DNA from: Fibrobacteria bacterium
GTDB taxonomy: Bacteria > Fibrobacterota > Fibrobacteria > UBA11236
Assembly: GCA_043745805.1 (NCBI GenBank)
Contig: JAYTSD010000040.1
Coordinates: 1 to 64,000, forward strand
Reading direction: 5' to 3'
DNA length: 64,000 bases
The notes beneath the pieces were generated by a model. The model searched no databases. It had not been told where the DNA came from and was given only the letters and a program-made list of their open reading frames with translations. The position numbers and the translations under genes are program-made. This document shows, piece by piece, positions 55,739 through 64,000 of this stretch (within the stretch, counting starts at the first letter, position 1; each line of letters begins with the position of its first letter).

Positions 55739-57592
55739 TTAAATAGTGCTGGCTGATAAGGATTGCAAGCGAGCGAGGAAGGCTTTTGGTTCGACAAAAC
55801 CTACAATTTTATCGACTATGTTTCCTTCGCCATCAATCACCACCAAGGTGGGTATTCCGAGAATCCCATATTTTTCTTGTAAGGCTTTAGCCTCAGGATG
55901 TTTATCTACATCTACAAAAAGCAAATGATAAGCTTGCAAAGATTTGCGCACTTCTGCATCCGCAAAAGTAACGTCTTCCATTTCTCTACAAGCTGCGCAC
56001 CATACTTTGCTTTGAAAGTCTACTAGGGTAACTTTTCCCTTACCTTGATTTAATTCAGCATCGCTGTAAGCCGTCCACTGCAAACTAGGTACTTCAGCCG
56101 AAGAGCTCGTGGTGTGAGCCGCAAAAACACTTTGCCCAAATAAGCCCTCGGTCAAATAATGCACTGAATACAATAAAGCGATAAAGGCCAACACTTTCAT
56201 TATCGCAGACAAGGTTTTATTGCCTTTTTCAAAGGCGCTGAAAGGGTTGAGATATAAAGCGATAAACAATAATAAGGCGCCAAAAATTAAACTGTAAATA
56301 TGCTCGCCCCAAAATCCACGGCCATAATAATCAGCCAGTAACAGCAAAATGACGCCCATAATTTTTTTTACATCGGATAACCAATCTCCACTTTTGGGTA
56401 AGCGCGTGAGCAAAGTGGTGGAGGTTCCTAAAATCAAATAGGGAATACCCATGCCAAAAGACAATACGGCAAAGGTCCAAAAGCCAGTCCATAAACTACC
56501 CTCCTTTGCGACATACACCAGTAAGGCTAGCACAACTGGCCCAATACAAGGTGCTGCTAATAAGCCAGAAAATAATCCAGCCAATAAGCTGCCCACATAA
56601 CCGCCACTATTACTGGCCTCCATGGCCTTGCCCATTAAAGCGGCAGGCATACGAATTTCAAATAAACCAAAAGCACTGAGCGCTAATAGCAAAAATACGC
56701 CGACAATAATGGCTTGGGCGGCAGTTGATTGTAAAAACGATCCAAAGAGACTTCCCGTTTCCGCAGCGAATACACCGAGTATCGAGAAGGTGATCACAAT
56801 GCCCATTACATAAGCGAATGACATCCAAAAGCGTTGTGCAAAAGTACTTTTAGCTTTGGAACCAAATAAACTTACCGTGATAGCGAGCAAGGGATAAACG
56901 CATGGCGTGAGATTTAAAGCCAACCCTGAAAAAAGTAAAGCAAAAAATAAAACTACAAAACTGCGGTTGAAGTCAAATCCTGTTTCTTTGTTTGTTGCGG
57001 AAGGTTCTTTTTCAGAAGCCTTTGTGGGGCCGGTTGAAAATGAATTGGATGATGAACGTGAGGACCCTGGTATCTGTATTTCTGTAGCTTGGGTGTTACC
57101 TGAAGCCGATTTTTCTTCTCCGCCTAATTTTTCACCATAATGTAAAGTAATATCTTTGGGAGGTAAGCAAATGGCATCGCTGCAAGCTTGATACGAAAAA
57201 ATAACCTGTGTGGAATCCAAATGAAAATTGGTTTGGGCTTTAACCGCGGGAATGCGAATGGAAAAATGTCCTTCATAAAGCGAGAGTTTACTGCCTAAGG
57301 ACGGTAAGGTTTTAATTTCTCCTGATGGAAATATCGGTGACCCAAATTTTAGGCCGAGTCCAATGGCTTCGATTTCACTGGCAATGTAAAATGAGTCAAG
57401 AGGATGATGAGAGTGTACATGCCATCCTTCAGGCACGGTGAGTTCTACAATTAAGTTCAGCGTATCCTTTTTGTTGAAGTCTTCACTTTCAAAATGCATG
57501 GACATTTGCAGCGGAGGCATAGAGGTTGGTGTACTGGAAAGAGCATAAGAAAATCCGCTAAGTCCACATAAAATTATCAGTAAAAATCGCAT
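55739..57592 (-). CDS. dsbD: Thiol:disulfide interchange protein DsbD
   Basis: N-domain QACSDAICLPP, TM domain LTPCVYP and APCIGP, thioredoxin domain WCAAC. Confidence 0.92.
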   Translation of the reverse strand: MRFLLIILCGLSGFSYALSSTPTSMPPLQMSMHFESEDFNKKDTLNLIVELTVPEGWHVHSHHPLDSFYIASEIEAIGLGLKFGSPIFPSGEIKTLPSLGSKLSLYEGHFSIRIPAVKAQTNFHLDSTQVIFSYQACSDAICLPPKDITLHYGEKLGGEEKSASGNTQATEIQIPGSSRSSSNSFSTGPTKASEKEPSATNKETGFDFNRSFVVLFFALLFSGLALNLTPCVYPLLAITVSLFGSKAKSTFAQRFWMSFAYVMGIVITFSILGVFAAETGSLFGSFLQSTAAQAIIVGVFLLLALSAFGLFEIRMPAALMGKAMEASNSGGYVGSLLAGLFSGLLAAPCIGPVVLALLVYVAKEGSLWTGFWTFAVLSFGMGIPYLILGTSTTLLTRLPKSGDWLSDVKKIMGVILLLLADYYGRGFWGEHIYSLIFGALLLFIALYLNPFSAFEKGNKTLSAIMKVLAFIALLYSVHYLTEGLFGQSVFAAHTTSSSAEVPSLQWTAYSDAELNQGKGKVTLVDFQSKVWCAACREMEDVTFADAEVRKSLQAYHLLFVDVDKHPEAKALQEKYGILGIPTLVVIDGEGNIVDKIVGFVEPKAFLARLQSLSASTI

Positions 57593-57758
57593 ATTTCCTC
57601 GCTTTATTCACTATTCCTGAATTGGCCTAAGAAATACCAATCTTACCTCATAAATCAAGAGGTATAAATTGCCAATTTTGCGGGCAATAAATGATGGATA
57701 GAGGGAAGATTCGTCAAAAAAAACTAGATTATCGGCTCTAAAGTCAAAAGGGGAATTT

Positions 57759-59099
57759 ATGTCTGTTTTAATGCGCTCAGTTTCGGGCATTCGCGGCATA
57801 GTGGGGCCAGCTTTTTCACCCTCGCTGATAGTGAACTATGTAAATGCCTTTGTGCAACTTACCGGCGCAAAAAAAGTTGTGATTGGTCGTGACACACGCA
57901 CGACAGGTGCTATGATTGAAAATCTTGTAGCTTCAGCCTGTCAAGCTTCTGGCGCCGAAGCCGTTTTGCTTGGCATTGCCAGCACACCTACCGTGGAGAT
58001 GATGGTGCTTAAAGCGGGAGCCGGTGGTGGCATTATCATTACGGCTTCGCATAATCCTATTGAATGGAACGCTTTAAAGTTTTTGACTGCCGAAGGTATT
58101 TTTTTAGATGAACCTCAAGTGAAACAATTATTTCATTTGGTGGATAATGCGCAAATGGATTGGAAAGGTTATCAGGACGTTAAAGCGTTATCGCAAATAC
58201 TAGATTCCGATGATCATCATATTGCCGAAACCTTGAAGTTACCTATTATCGATGTGGAAAAAATTCGTGCGCGTAAATTTCGCGTGGCTTATGATGGTGT
58301 TAATGGTGCAGGTTGTTTTATTGTCCCTAAATTATTACAAGCCTTGGGTTGTGAAGTAGAGGCTATTCATGTACAACCGAGTGGATTGTTTCCACATAAT
58401 CCTGAACCCACTCCCGAAAATTTACGCGAACTGAGTGAGTTGGTGATTAATAAAAAATGCGATGTTGGTTTTGCTACCGATCCCGATGCAGATCGATGTG
58501 CCATGGTGAGCAATACCGGTTTGGCTATTGGTGAGGAATATACTCTGGCTTTGGCTACGCAATTACAATTGACGCATGAAAAAGGTCCAGTAACCATTAA
58601 TCTTTCGACCAGTCGCATGATAGAAGATATCGGTGCAAAATTTGGTGTGCCCGTGAAGCGTGCAAAAGTAGGCGAAATTAATGTGACCGTTGTGATGAAG
58701 CAAAACCACAGTGTGATTGGCGGCGAGGGTAACGGAGGCGTTATCTTACCGGCTTTGCATTATGGACGCGATGGTATTTTGGCAATTGCTATGACCTTAC
58801 AATGGATGGCCGAAAAAGCCATGCCTTTGCAAACGATTGTGGATGAAATTTTTCCGTATCACATTGAAAAGCAAAAATTTGCGGTGGCAGGAAAAAATGT
58901 GCAGAATATTTATGGCCGCTTGCTTGCCAAGTTTCAAGATGCTAAGGTAGATGAGCAAGATGGCTTACACTTCTCCTGGGAAAAAAGTTGGGTGCATGTG
59001 CGCACATCCAATACGGAGCCGGTTATGCGGGTGATCGCGGAAGCGCCCGAAAAAAAACATGCTTTAGAACTATGTCGTTTAATTGAGGAGGAACTTTAA
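57759..59099 (+). CDS. glmM: Phosphoglucosamine mutase (alpha-D-phosphohexomutase)
   Basis: SVSGIRG, GRDTR, TASHNP, DPDADR, GGEGNGG, VRTSNTEP. Its stop overlaps the glmS start (TAATG). Confidence 0.85.
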   Translation: MSVLMRSVSGIRGIVGPAFSPSLIVNYVNAFVQLTGAKKVVIGRDTRTTGAMIENLVASACQASGAEAVLLGIASTPTVEMMVLKAGAGGGIIITASHNPIEWNALKFLTAEGIFLDEPQVKQLFHLVDNAQMDWKGYQDVKALSQILDSDDHHIAETLKLPIIDVEKIRARKFRVAYDGVNGAGCFIVPKLLQALGCEVEAIHVQPSGLFPHNPEPTPENLRELSELVINKKCDVGFATDPDADRCAMVSNTGLAIGEEYTLALATQLQLTHEKGPVTINLSTSRMIEDIGAKFGVPVKRAKVGEINVTVVMKQNHSVIGGEGNGGVILPALHYGRDGILAIAMTLQWMAEKAMPLQTIVDEIFPYHIEKQKFAVAGKNVQNIYGRLLAKFQDAKVDEQDGLHFSWEKSWVHVRTSNTEPVMRVIAEAPEKKHALELCRLIEEEL

Positions 59100-60922
59100 T
59101 GTGTGGAATTGTTGCCTATAGCGGACCTCGCCAAGTACAGCAAATTTTGCTGAATGGCTTAAAGAAAATGGAATACCGTGGCTATGATAGCTCGGGCATT
59201 TGTATTCAATATGAAAATGAAATTCATGTGGTGCGTGCTAAAGGTAAACTCGCGGAATTAGAATCCTTAATGCGTGATGCTCCTCAAAATGGACATACGG
59301 GCATTGGCCATACTCGCTGGGCCACGCATGGTGCGCCTTCCGTGGAAAATGCACATCCGCATTCGAGTAGTGATGGAAAATTTGCCGTAGTGCATAATGG
59401 CATTATTGAAAATTATGCCATCATTAAACAAAAGCTACAACAAGAAGGTGTGGTTTTTAAATCCGAAACCGATACCGAAGTGATTGTACATTTGGTGCAT
59501 AAATATTATAAAGGCGATTTGAGTCAAGCCGTGGCCGACACCTTAGCTCATTTAGAAGGAGCCTTAGGTATCGTAGTCATCACGGCACATGAACCAGGCG
59601 TGCTGGTAGGGGCAAGACGTGGTAGCCCCCTAGTTTTAGGCGTGGGCGAAAATGAATTTTTCTTGGCTTCGGATGTGGCACCGATTGTGGATTATACGCA
59701 AAAAGTGATTTATCTCGATGACAATGATATGGTGGTTATTAATAAAGATGGTTATCGTATTACTAATCAAGCGCGTTTGGAAGTGCGTCGCGAAGTACAA
59801 AATATTGATTTTAATGCGGAGGCAGTCGCCAAAGGCAATTTCGATCATTTTATGCTAAAAGAAATTTTTGAACAGCCGGCTTCGATTATTAATGCCATGC
59901 GCGGTCGTATTCTCACTGAATCGGGCACTTCGCAACTCAATGGCTTGAACTTAGTCCATCAAGAATTACGCAGTATTCAGCGCATTATTATTGTTGCTTG
60001 TGGAACCTCTTTTTATGCGGGTAAGGTGGGGGAATATTTAATTGAGGAAATGGCCGGTATTCCGGTGGAAGTGGAATACGCTTCGGAATTTCGTTACCGT
60101 AACCCTATTGTTACAGAACGTACTTTGGTATTTTGTATTTCTCAATCGGGTGAAACGGCCGATACTTTGGCGGCCTTGCGCGAAGCCAAGCAAAAAGGCG
60201 CGACCGTATTAGGCATTTGTAATGTAGTTGGTTCTAGCATTGCTCGTGAGAGTGATGGCGGAGTTTATCTGCATGCTGGTCCTGAAATTGGAGTGGCTTC
60301 AACTAAGGCGTTTACTGCACAAGTTACCGTATTGACTTTAATCGCTCTATTGCTTGGGCGTATGCGTCGTGTATCCCCAGATGAAGGCATTAAAATTTGC
60401 CATGCCTTGGCTAAAATCCCCGATCAAATTAAAGAGATTTTAGCTTTGAATGAAGAAATCAAAGTCATCGCTAAAGAATATTTACATGCCAGTAATTTTT
60501 TATATCTCGGTCGCGGCTATAATTATCCCGTGGCAATGGAAGGGGCTTTAAAGCTAAAGGAAATTTCCTATGTACATGCCGAAGGTTACCCTGCTGCTGA
60601 AATGAAACATGGGCCAATTGCTTTGATTGATGCGAATATGCCTACCGTGGTAGTGGTTCCTACCGATGCCTTATTCGATAAGGTGCTTTCTAATATGCAA
60701 GAAGTGAAAGCGCGTGGGGGAAAAATTTTGGCGATTACCGATTCGGAAAGTCAGCTCAAAGATTTAGCAGATCATATTATTCGCATTCCTAAAACCTTGA
60801 ATATTTTAACTCCGCTGTTAACGGTAATTCCTTTACAATTGCTAGCCTATCATATTGCAGTAGCCCGTGGTTGCGATGTAGATATGCCTCGTAATTTAGC
60901 GAAGAGCGTAACCGTAGAGTAA
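59099..60922 (+). CDS. glmS: Glutamine-fructose-6-phosphate aminotransferase
   Basis: MCGIV, EYRGYDS, GHTRWATHG, SQSGETADT, VASTKAF, ALKLKEISY, PRNLAKSVTVE. Confidence 0.98.
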   Translation: MCGIVAYSGPRQVQQILLNGLKKMEYRGYDSSGICIQYENEIHVVRAKGKLAELESLMRDAPQNGHTGIGHTRWATHGAPSVENAHPHSSSDGKFAVVHNGIIENYAIIKQKLQQEGVVFKSETDTEVIVHLVHKYYKGDLSQAVADTLAHLEGALGIVVITAHEPGVLVGARRGSPLVLGVGENEFFLASDVAPIVDYTQKVIYLDDNDMVVINKDGYRITNQARLEVRREVQNIDFNAEAVAKGNFDHFMLKEIFEQPASIINAMRGRILTESGTSQLNGLNLVHQELRSIQRIIIVACGTSFYAGKVGEYLIEEMAGIPVEVEYASEFRYRNPIVTERTLVFCISQSGETADTLAALREAKQKGATVLGICNVVGSSIARESDGGVYLHAGPEIGVASTKAFTAQVTVLTLIALLLGRMRRVSPDEGIKICHALAKIPDQIKEILALNEEIKVIAKEYLHASNFLYLGRGYNYPVAMEGALKLKEISYVHAEGYPAAEMKHGPIALIDANMPTVVVVPTDALFDKVLSNMQEVKARGGKILAITDSESQLKDLADHIIRIPKTLNILTPLLTVIPLQLLAYHIAVARGCDVDMPRNLAKSVTVE

Positions 60923-60935
60923 ATCTCGGGAAGAT

Positions 60936-61946
60936 TTGAGTATGGGAATTATGGAAAAGGATAAAGAAAAAGCCATTCGCATAATCGAAAGCGATTATGA
61001 AGTGAAGTTGGGCATTTTCGAAGGCCCGCTCGATCTGCTTCTGTATTTGGTACAGAAGAATGAATTGGATCCTAAACAAATTTCCATTGCGACCATTACC
61101 GATCAATACTTGGTTTATATCGACTCCATGCCCGAACTCAATCTCAGCAATGCAGGCGAATTCTTGGTCATGGCGGCGCGCTTAATGCGTTTAAAGACGC
61201 GCGAACTTTTGCCTGCCGAACAAAAAGACGAATTAGAAGAAATGGAATATGAACTCGATAAGCAAGCCTTAATTGCGCAAATGCTAGAGTATCAAAAATT
61301 CAAAGAAGCCGCACGCGTATTACGTAATTTTGAAGCGCGGCATTTCGGCGCTCTCCCTCGCGGTATCACCGATGCGCCTGACACGGATAAAGATGAATTA
61401 GGCGAAGAAGAAGCGGGCGTCTATGGATTGCTCAGCGCCTTTCGCAAAGTGGTTTTAGAAGCGCCTAAGCCCGTAGTTCATGAAGTAGAAATTGATGATG
61501 TGACTATCGAAGATAGAATGCAGGAAATCGATACGCTCATTCAAGCCGAAGGTCGTAGCTTATTCGAAGATCTTTTTCAAAATGATCCGCGCGTCATCGC
61601 TAAAGTGGTAACCTTTATGGCCATTTTAGAATTGGTGAAGCTGGATAAAATTTTATTAAGACAAAGCCATGCTATGAGTTCCATTTGGGTATTCCGTAAA
61701 CAGAATAATGCGAATTATGAAATTGAACTCAATCAAGCTGATCGTGAACTCGAAGCACTTCCTGAATTTAAAGCCGGACTTGTAGAAATTGTAAAAGAAG
61801 CCATACTACGTCGCCAAGCGGAAAATAGTTTGGAAACGGTAATGCGCGAATTGGAAGAAGAAATGCAGGCCATGGCGCAAATGGGGACTGAGGCTGCGAC
61901 TACTCCTCCGGCCACGGTTATTGTGGAAAGTGATGTGCAGGAATAG
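60936..61946 (+). CDS. scpA: Segregation and condensation protein A
   Basis: FEGPLDLLLYLV, ITDQYL, GEFLVMAA, VVTFMAILELVK. The true start may be a downstream ATG. Confidence 0.93.
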   Translation: MSMGIMEKDKEKAIRIIESDYEVKLGIFEGPLDLLLYLVQKNELDPKQISIATITDQYLVYIDSMPELNLSNAGEFLVMAARLMRLKTRELLPAEQKDELEEMEYELDKQALIAQMLEYQKFKEAARVLRNFEARHFGALPRGITDAPDTDKDELGEEEAGVYGLLSAFRKVVLEAPKPVVHEVEIDDVTIEDRMQEIDTLIQAEGRSLFEDLFQNDPRVIAKVVTFMAILELVKLDKILLRQSHAMSSIWVFRKQNNANYEIELNQADRELEALPEFKAGLVEIVKEAILRRQAENSLETVMRELEEEMQAMAQMGTEAATTPPATVIVESDVQE

Positions 61947-62018
61947 TATTTAAAAATCCATCAAAAATCCCCAAAACAACCTAGGCTAAAGCTATGGTTT
62001 TGCTAACTTTACCTCATT

Positions 62019-62942
62019 ATGGATTCAATCGATCACTCTGCTGAAAATTCCGCTGAAGAGGCTAGTTGGGAAGAGGTTCCCAAGCAAGATATGCAGTCGG
62101 AAGCCGAAAGTCTTGCCGAGGCAAGTGTAGAGGCCAAGGAAAATTCCTCTCAAGAAGAATCGAATTCCGGTGAAAATGCGGATGCAAATATTGAAGTTAT
62201 AGATGCCGAAGATACGACTGAAACTGCCGAAGTAGCGGAAGAAATCGAAGGCATAACGGCTTGGTCACCGGAACCCGAAAAACTTTTGCAAGCTTTGCTT
62301 TTCGCAACCCATGAATATTTATCCGCCAAAGCCCTTAAGGATATTTTAGGGGACGATTGGGTGGTTCCACGTATTCGTCAATTAGTAAAAAGTGTGAATC
62401 ATAAATGGGAAGCCCAAGAAGCCCCTTTTGAAATTGTGGAAGTGGATGGTGCCTTTCGTTGTCGTACACGCACACAATACTATCCTTGGGTGCGCAAGCT
62501 TTTCAAAGAAAGCGCACCACGTCGTTTATCACAAGCCAGCTTAGAAACCTTGGCCATTGTGGCTTATAAGCAACCGATTACTAAAGCAGAAATGGAATCT
62601 ATACGCGGCGTGAATGTTGACGGTTGTATCAAGAGCTTACTCGACAAAAAGTTAATTGATATCACAGGCAAGGCCGATGCCTTAGGCGGTTCCTTCAATT
62701 ATGCGACGACTAAAGAATTTCTGCGTTACTTTGGTATCAGCAAAGTTCCAGATGATTTACCACGCCTTTCCGAGTTCGAAGAAATTTTGCAAGCGCAATC
62801 TTTGATTCCGCAAATTAGAGCCGATGGATCCGTGGTGCATATGGAACAGGCCGATGCGGAGCAAATGACTTTAGACATGCAAACCGCTCGCAATGCACAA
62901 CCCGTTCGCGATTTTCAGAACGCCAATCCACAAGAAGATTAA
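62019..62942 (+). CDS. scpB: Segregation and condensation protein B
   Basis: ALLFA, LSQASLETLAIVAYKQPITKAEMESIRGVN, YATTKEFLRYFG. Confidence 0.95.
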   Translation: MDSIDHSAENSAEEASWEEVPKQDMQSEAESLAEASVEAKENSSQEESNSGENADANIEVIDAEDTTETAEVAEEIEGITAWSPEPEKLLQALLFATHEYLSAKALKDILGDDWVVPRIRQLVKSVNHKWEAQEAPFEIVEVDGAFRCRTRTQYYPWVRKLFKESAPRRLSQASLETLAIVAYKQPITKAEMESIRGVNVDGCIKSLLDKKLIDITGKADALGGSFNYATTKEFLRYFGISKVPDDLPRLSEFEEILQAQSLIPQIRADGSVVHMEQADAEQMTLDMQTARNAQPVRDFQNANPQED

Positions 62943-62959
62943 ATTTTCGGGAGAGTAAC

Positions 62960-64000
62960 ATGAGCGTTACGCCCATGATGAAACAATATCAAGAGATTAA
63001 AGCAAGTCATCCCGATGCTTTATTGCTCTATCGCATGGGCGATTTTTATGAGCTGTTTAATGACGATGCAATTACGGCTTCCAAAATACTAGGCCTCACC
63101 CTCACGGCACGCAATCATGGGGGGCTAGACAAAACCCCTTTAGCAGGGTTTCCTTATCATGCCATTGAACGGTATATGCCCAAGCTTATTGCGGCGGGTC
63201 TTAAGGTGGCCGTCTGTGAACAAACCGAAGATCCGGCGCAAGCAAAGGGTATTGTAAAACGTGAAGTCACGGAACTTGTGACGCGTGGTACATCCATTAA
63301 TGATAATTATCTCGATGCCAAATCCAATAATTATTTAGCCTCTATTTATGGTGAAGCGGATGAAGCGCTCTATGGTTTTGCTTATGTGGATTTAAGCACC
63401 GGTTATTTTGCGACTATGGAAGGTTCGGCGGATGAGATTTGCCATGAACTTTATCGCTTGAATGCGCAAGAAGTGTTGCTCCCCGAAACCTTGGAGTTAC
63501 CTAAAGTTTTGGTACAAATGCGCGAAACCGAACGCACCTTGCTCACCTTATTACCGAAAAGTTTTTTTAATTTTGAACAAGGCCAAAAAAAATTAGCGCG
63601 GCAATTTAAAGTGCATTCCCTGGAAGCCTTTGATTGCGGACATTTGCATGTAGGTATTCAAGCGGCGGCAGCAGCTTTGGCTTATGCGCGTGACCAAAAG
63701 AAAACCGAATTACAGCATTTAGCACGTTTGCAAGTTAAACGCTTCGATGCTTATATGACTTTGGATGCCGCTACCGTGCGTAATCTCGAACTCATTCGCC
63801 CTATTCATACCGAAGATGAAGGCGGCACACTTTTCCATTTACTCGACAAAACTGTAACTGCCATGGGCGGACGCACTTTAAAATTTTGGTTAACCCATCC
63901 GTTACGGGATATTGCGGCTATCGAATTTAGGCAAAAAGCTATTGCCGAACTTTTACAAAAACCAGCCGTATTAGAGATGTTACGTAAGCATTTAATGCAA
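62960..64000 (+). CDS. mutS: DNA mismatch repair protein MutS, 5' part (runs off the window)
   Basis: Not in the ORF track. ATG 62960 after GGAGAG reads MSVTPMMKQYQEIKASHPDALLLYRMGDFYELFNDDA...VAVCEQ...RNLEL...TAMGGR. Confidence 0.96.
   Translation, partial: MSVTPMMKQYQEIKASHPDALLLYRMGDFYELFNDDAITASKILGLTLTARNHGGLDKTPLAGFPYHAIERYMPKLIAAGLKVAVCEQTEDPAQAKGIVKREVTELVTRGTSINDNYLDAKSNNYLASIYGEADEALYGFAYVDLSTGYFATMEGSADEICHELYRLNAQEVLLPETLELPKVLVQMRETERTLLTLLPKSFFNFEQGQKKLARQFKVHSLEAFDCGHLHVGIQAAAAALAYARDQKKTELQHLARLQVKRFDAYMTLDAATVRNLELIRPIHTEDEGGTLFHLLDKTVTAMGGRTLKFWLTHPLRDIAAIEFRQKAIAELLQKPAVLEMLRKHLMQ

Noticed and set aside
59040-59101. glmS ribozyme
   Set aside because: The glmS start overlaps the glmM stop, so there is no 5' UTR to hold it.
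324-61915. Many short alternative-frame or antisense ORFs in the track (e.g. 324-605, 12155-12544, 21501-21920, 42811-43074, 48219-48545, 51714-52064, 60789-61106)
   Set aside because: They lie inside well-supported genes and show no family motifs, so they are treated as shadow ORFs.
1-64000. CRISPR array, IS/transposase, integrase or prophage genes
   Set aside because: No regularly spaced direct repeats were seen by eye, and no ORF carries transposase, recombinase, Cas or phage structural motifs.

Overview
A roughly 38-40% GC (visual estimate) bacterial chromosome segment, probably from the FCB group and most likely Fibrobacterota. This is inferred from secreted enzymes with T9SS-type C-terminal domains occurring alongside canonical sigma70 promoters, Shine-Dalgarno sites and scpA/scpB. 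The flanks are mostly housekeeping: bioA, recQ, feoAB, fused pabAB, dsbD, glmM-glmS-scpA-scpB-mutS. The left half also holds a 2658-aa TPR protein with an internal ~810-aa duplication, a stand-alone tRNA-Ile/tRNA-Ala pair with no rRNA genes, and an AbiE-type type IV toxin-antitoxin module with a perfect operator palindrome. The main feature is a ~25 kb minus-strand Wzx/Wzy exopolysaccharide locus (23137-48562): WecA, GT2, a GH-like protein, Wza, Wzc, Wzy, a deacetylase, four GT4s, an oxidoreductase pair and Wzx. Its distal end carries two membrane desaturases (one with a JamB-like QNNHH third box), a free ACP, a GNAT acyltransferase and a fatty acyl-AMP ligase, with a lipoprotein deacetylase wedged in antisense. 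This resembles a jamABC/cayABCD alkyne/enyne core with no PKS, NRPS or thioesterase in the window. The leading, untested hypothesis is a surface glycan acylated with an alkyne- or enyne-bearing fatty acid. All family calls are from motif recognition only; no database searches were run.
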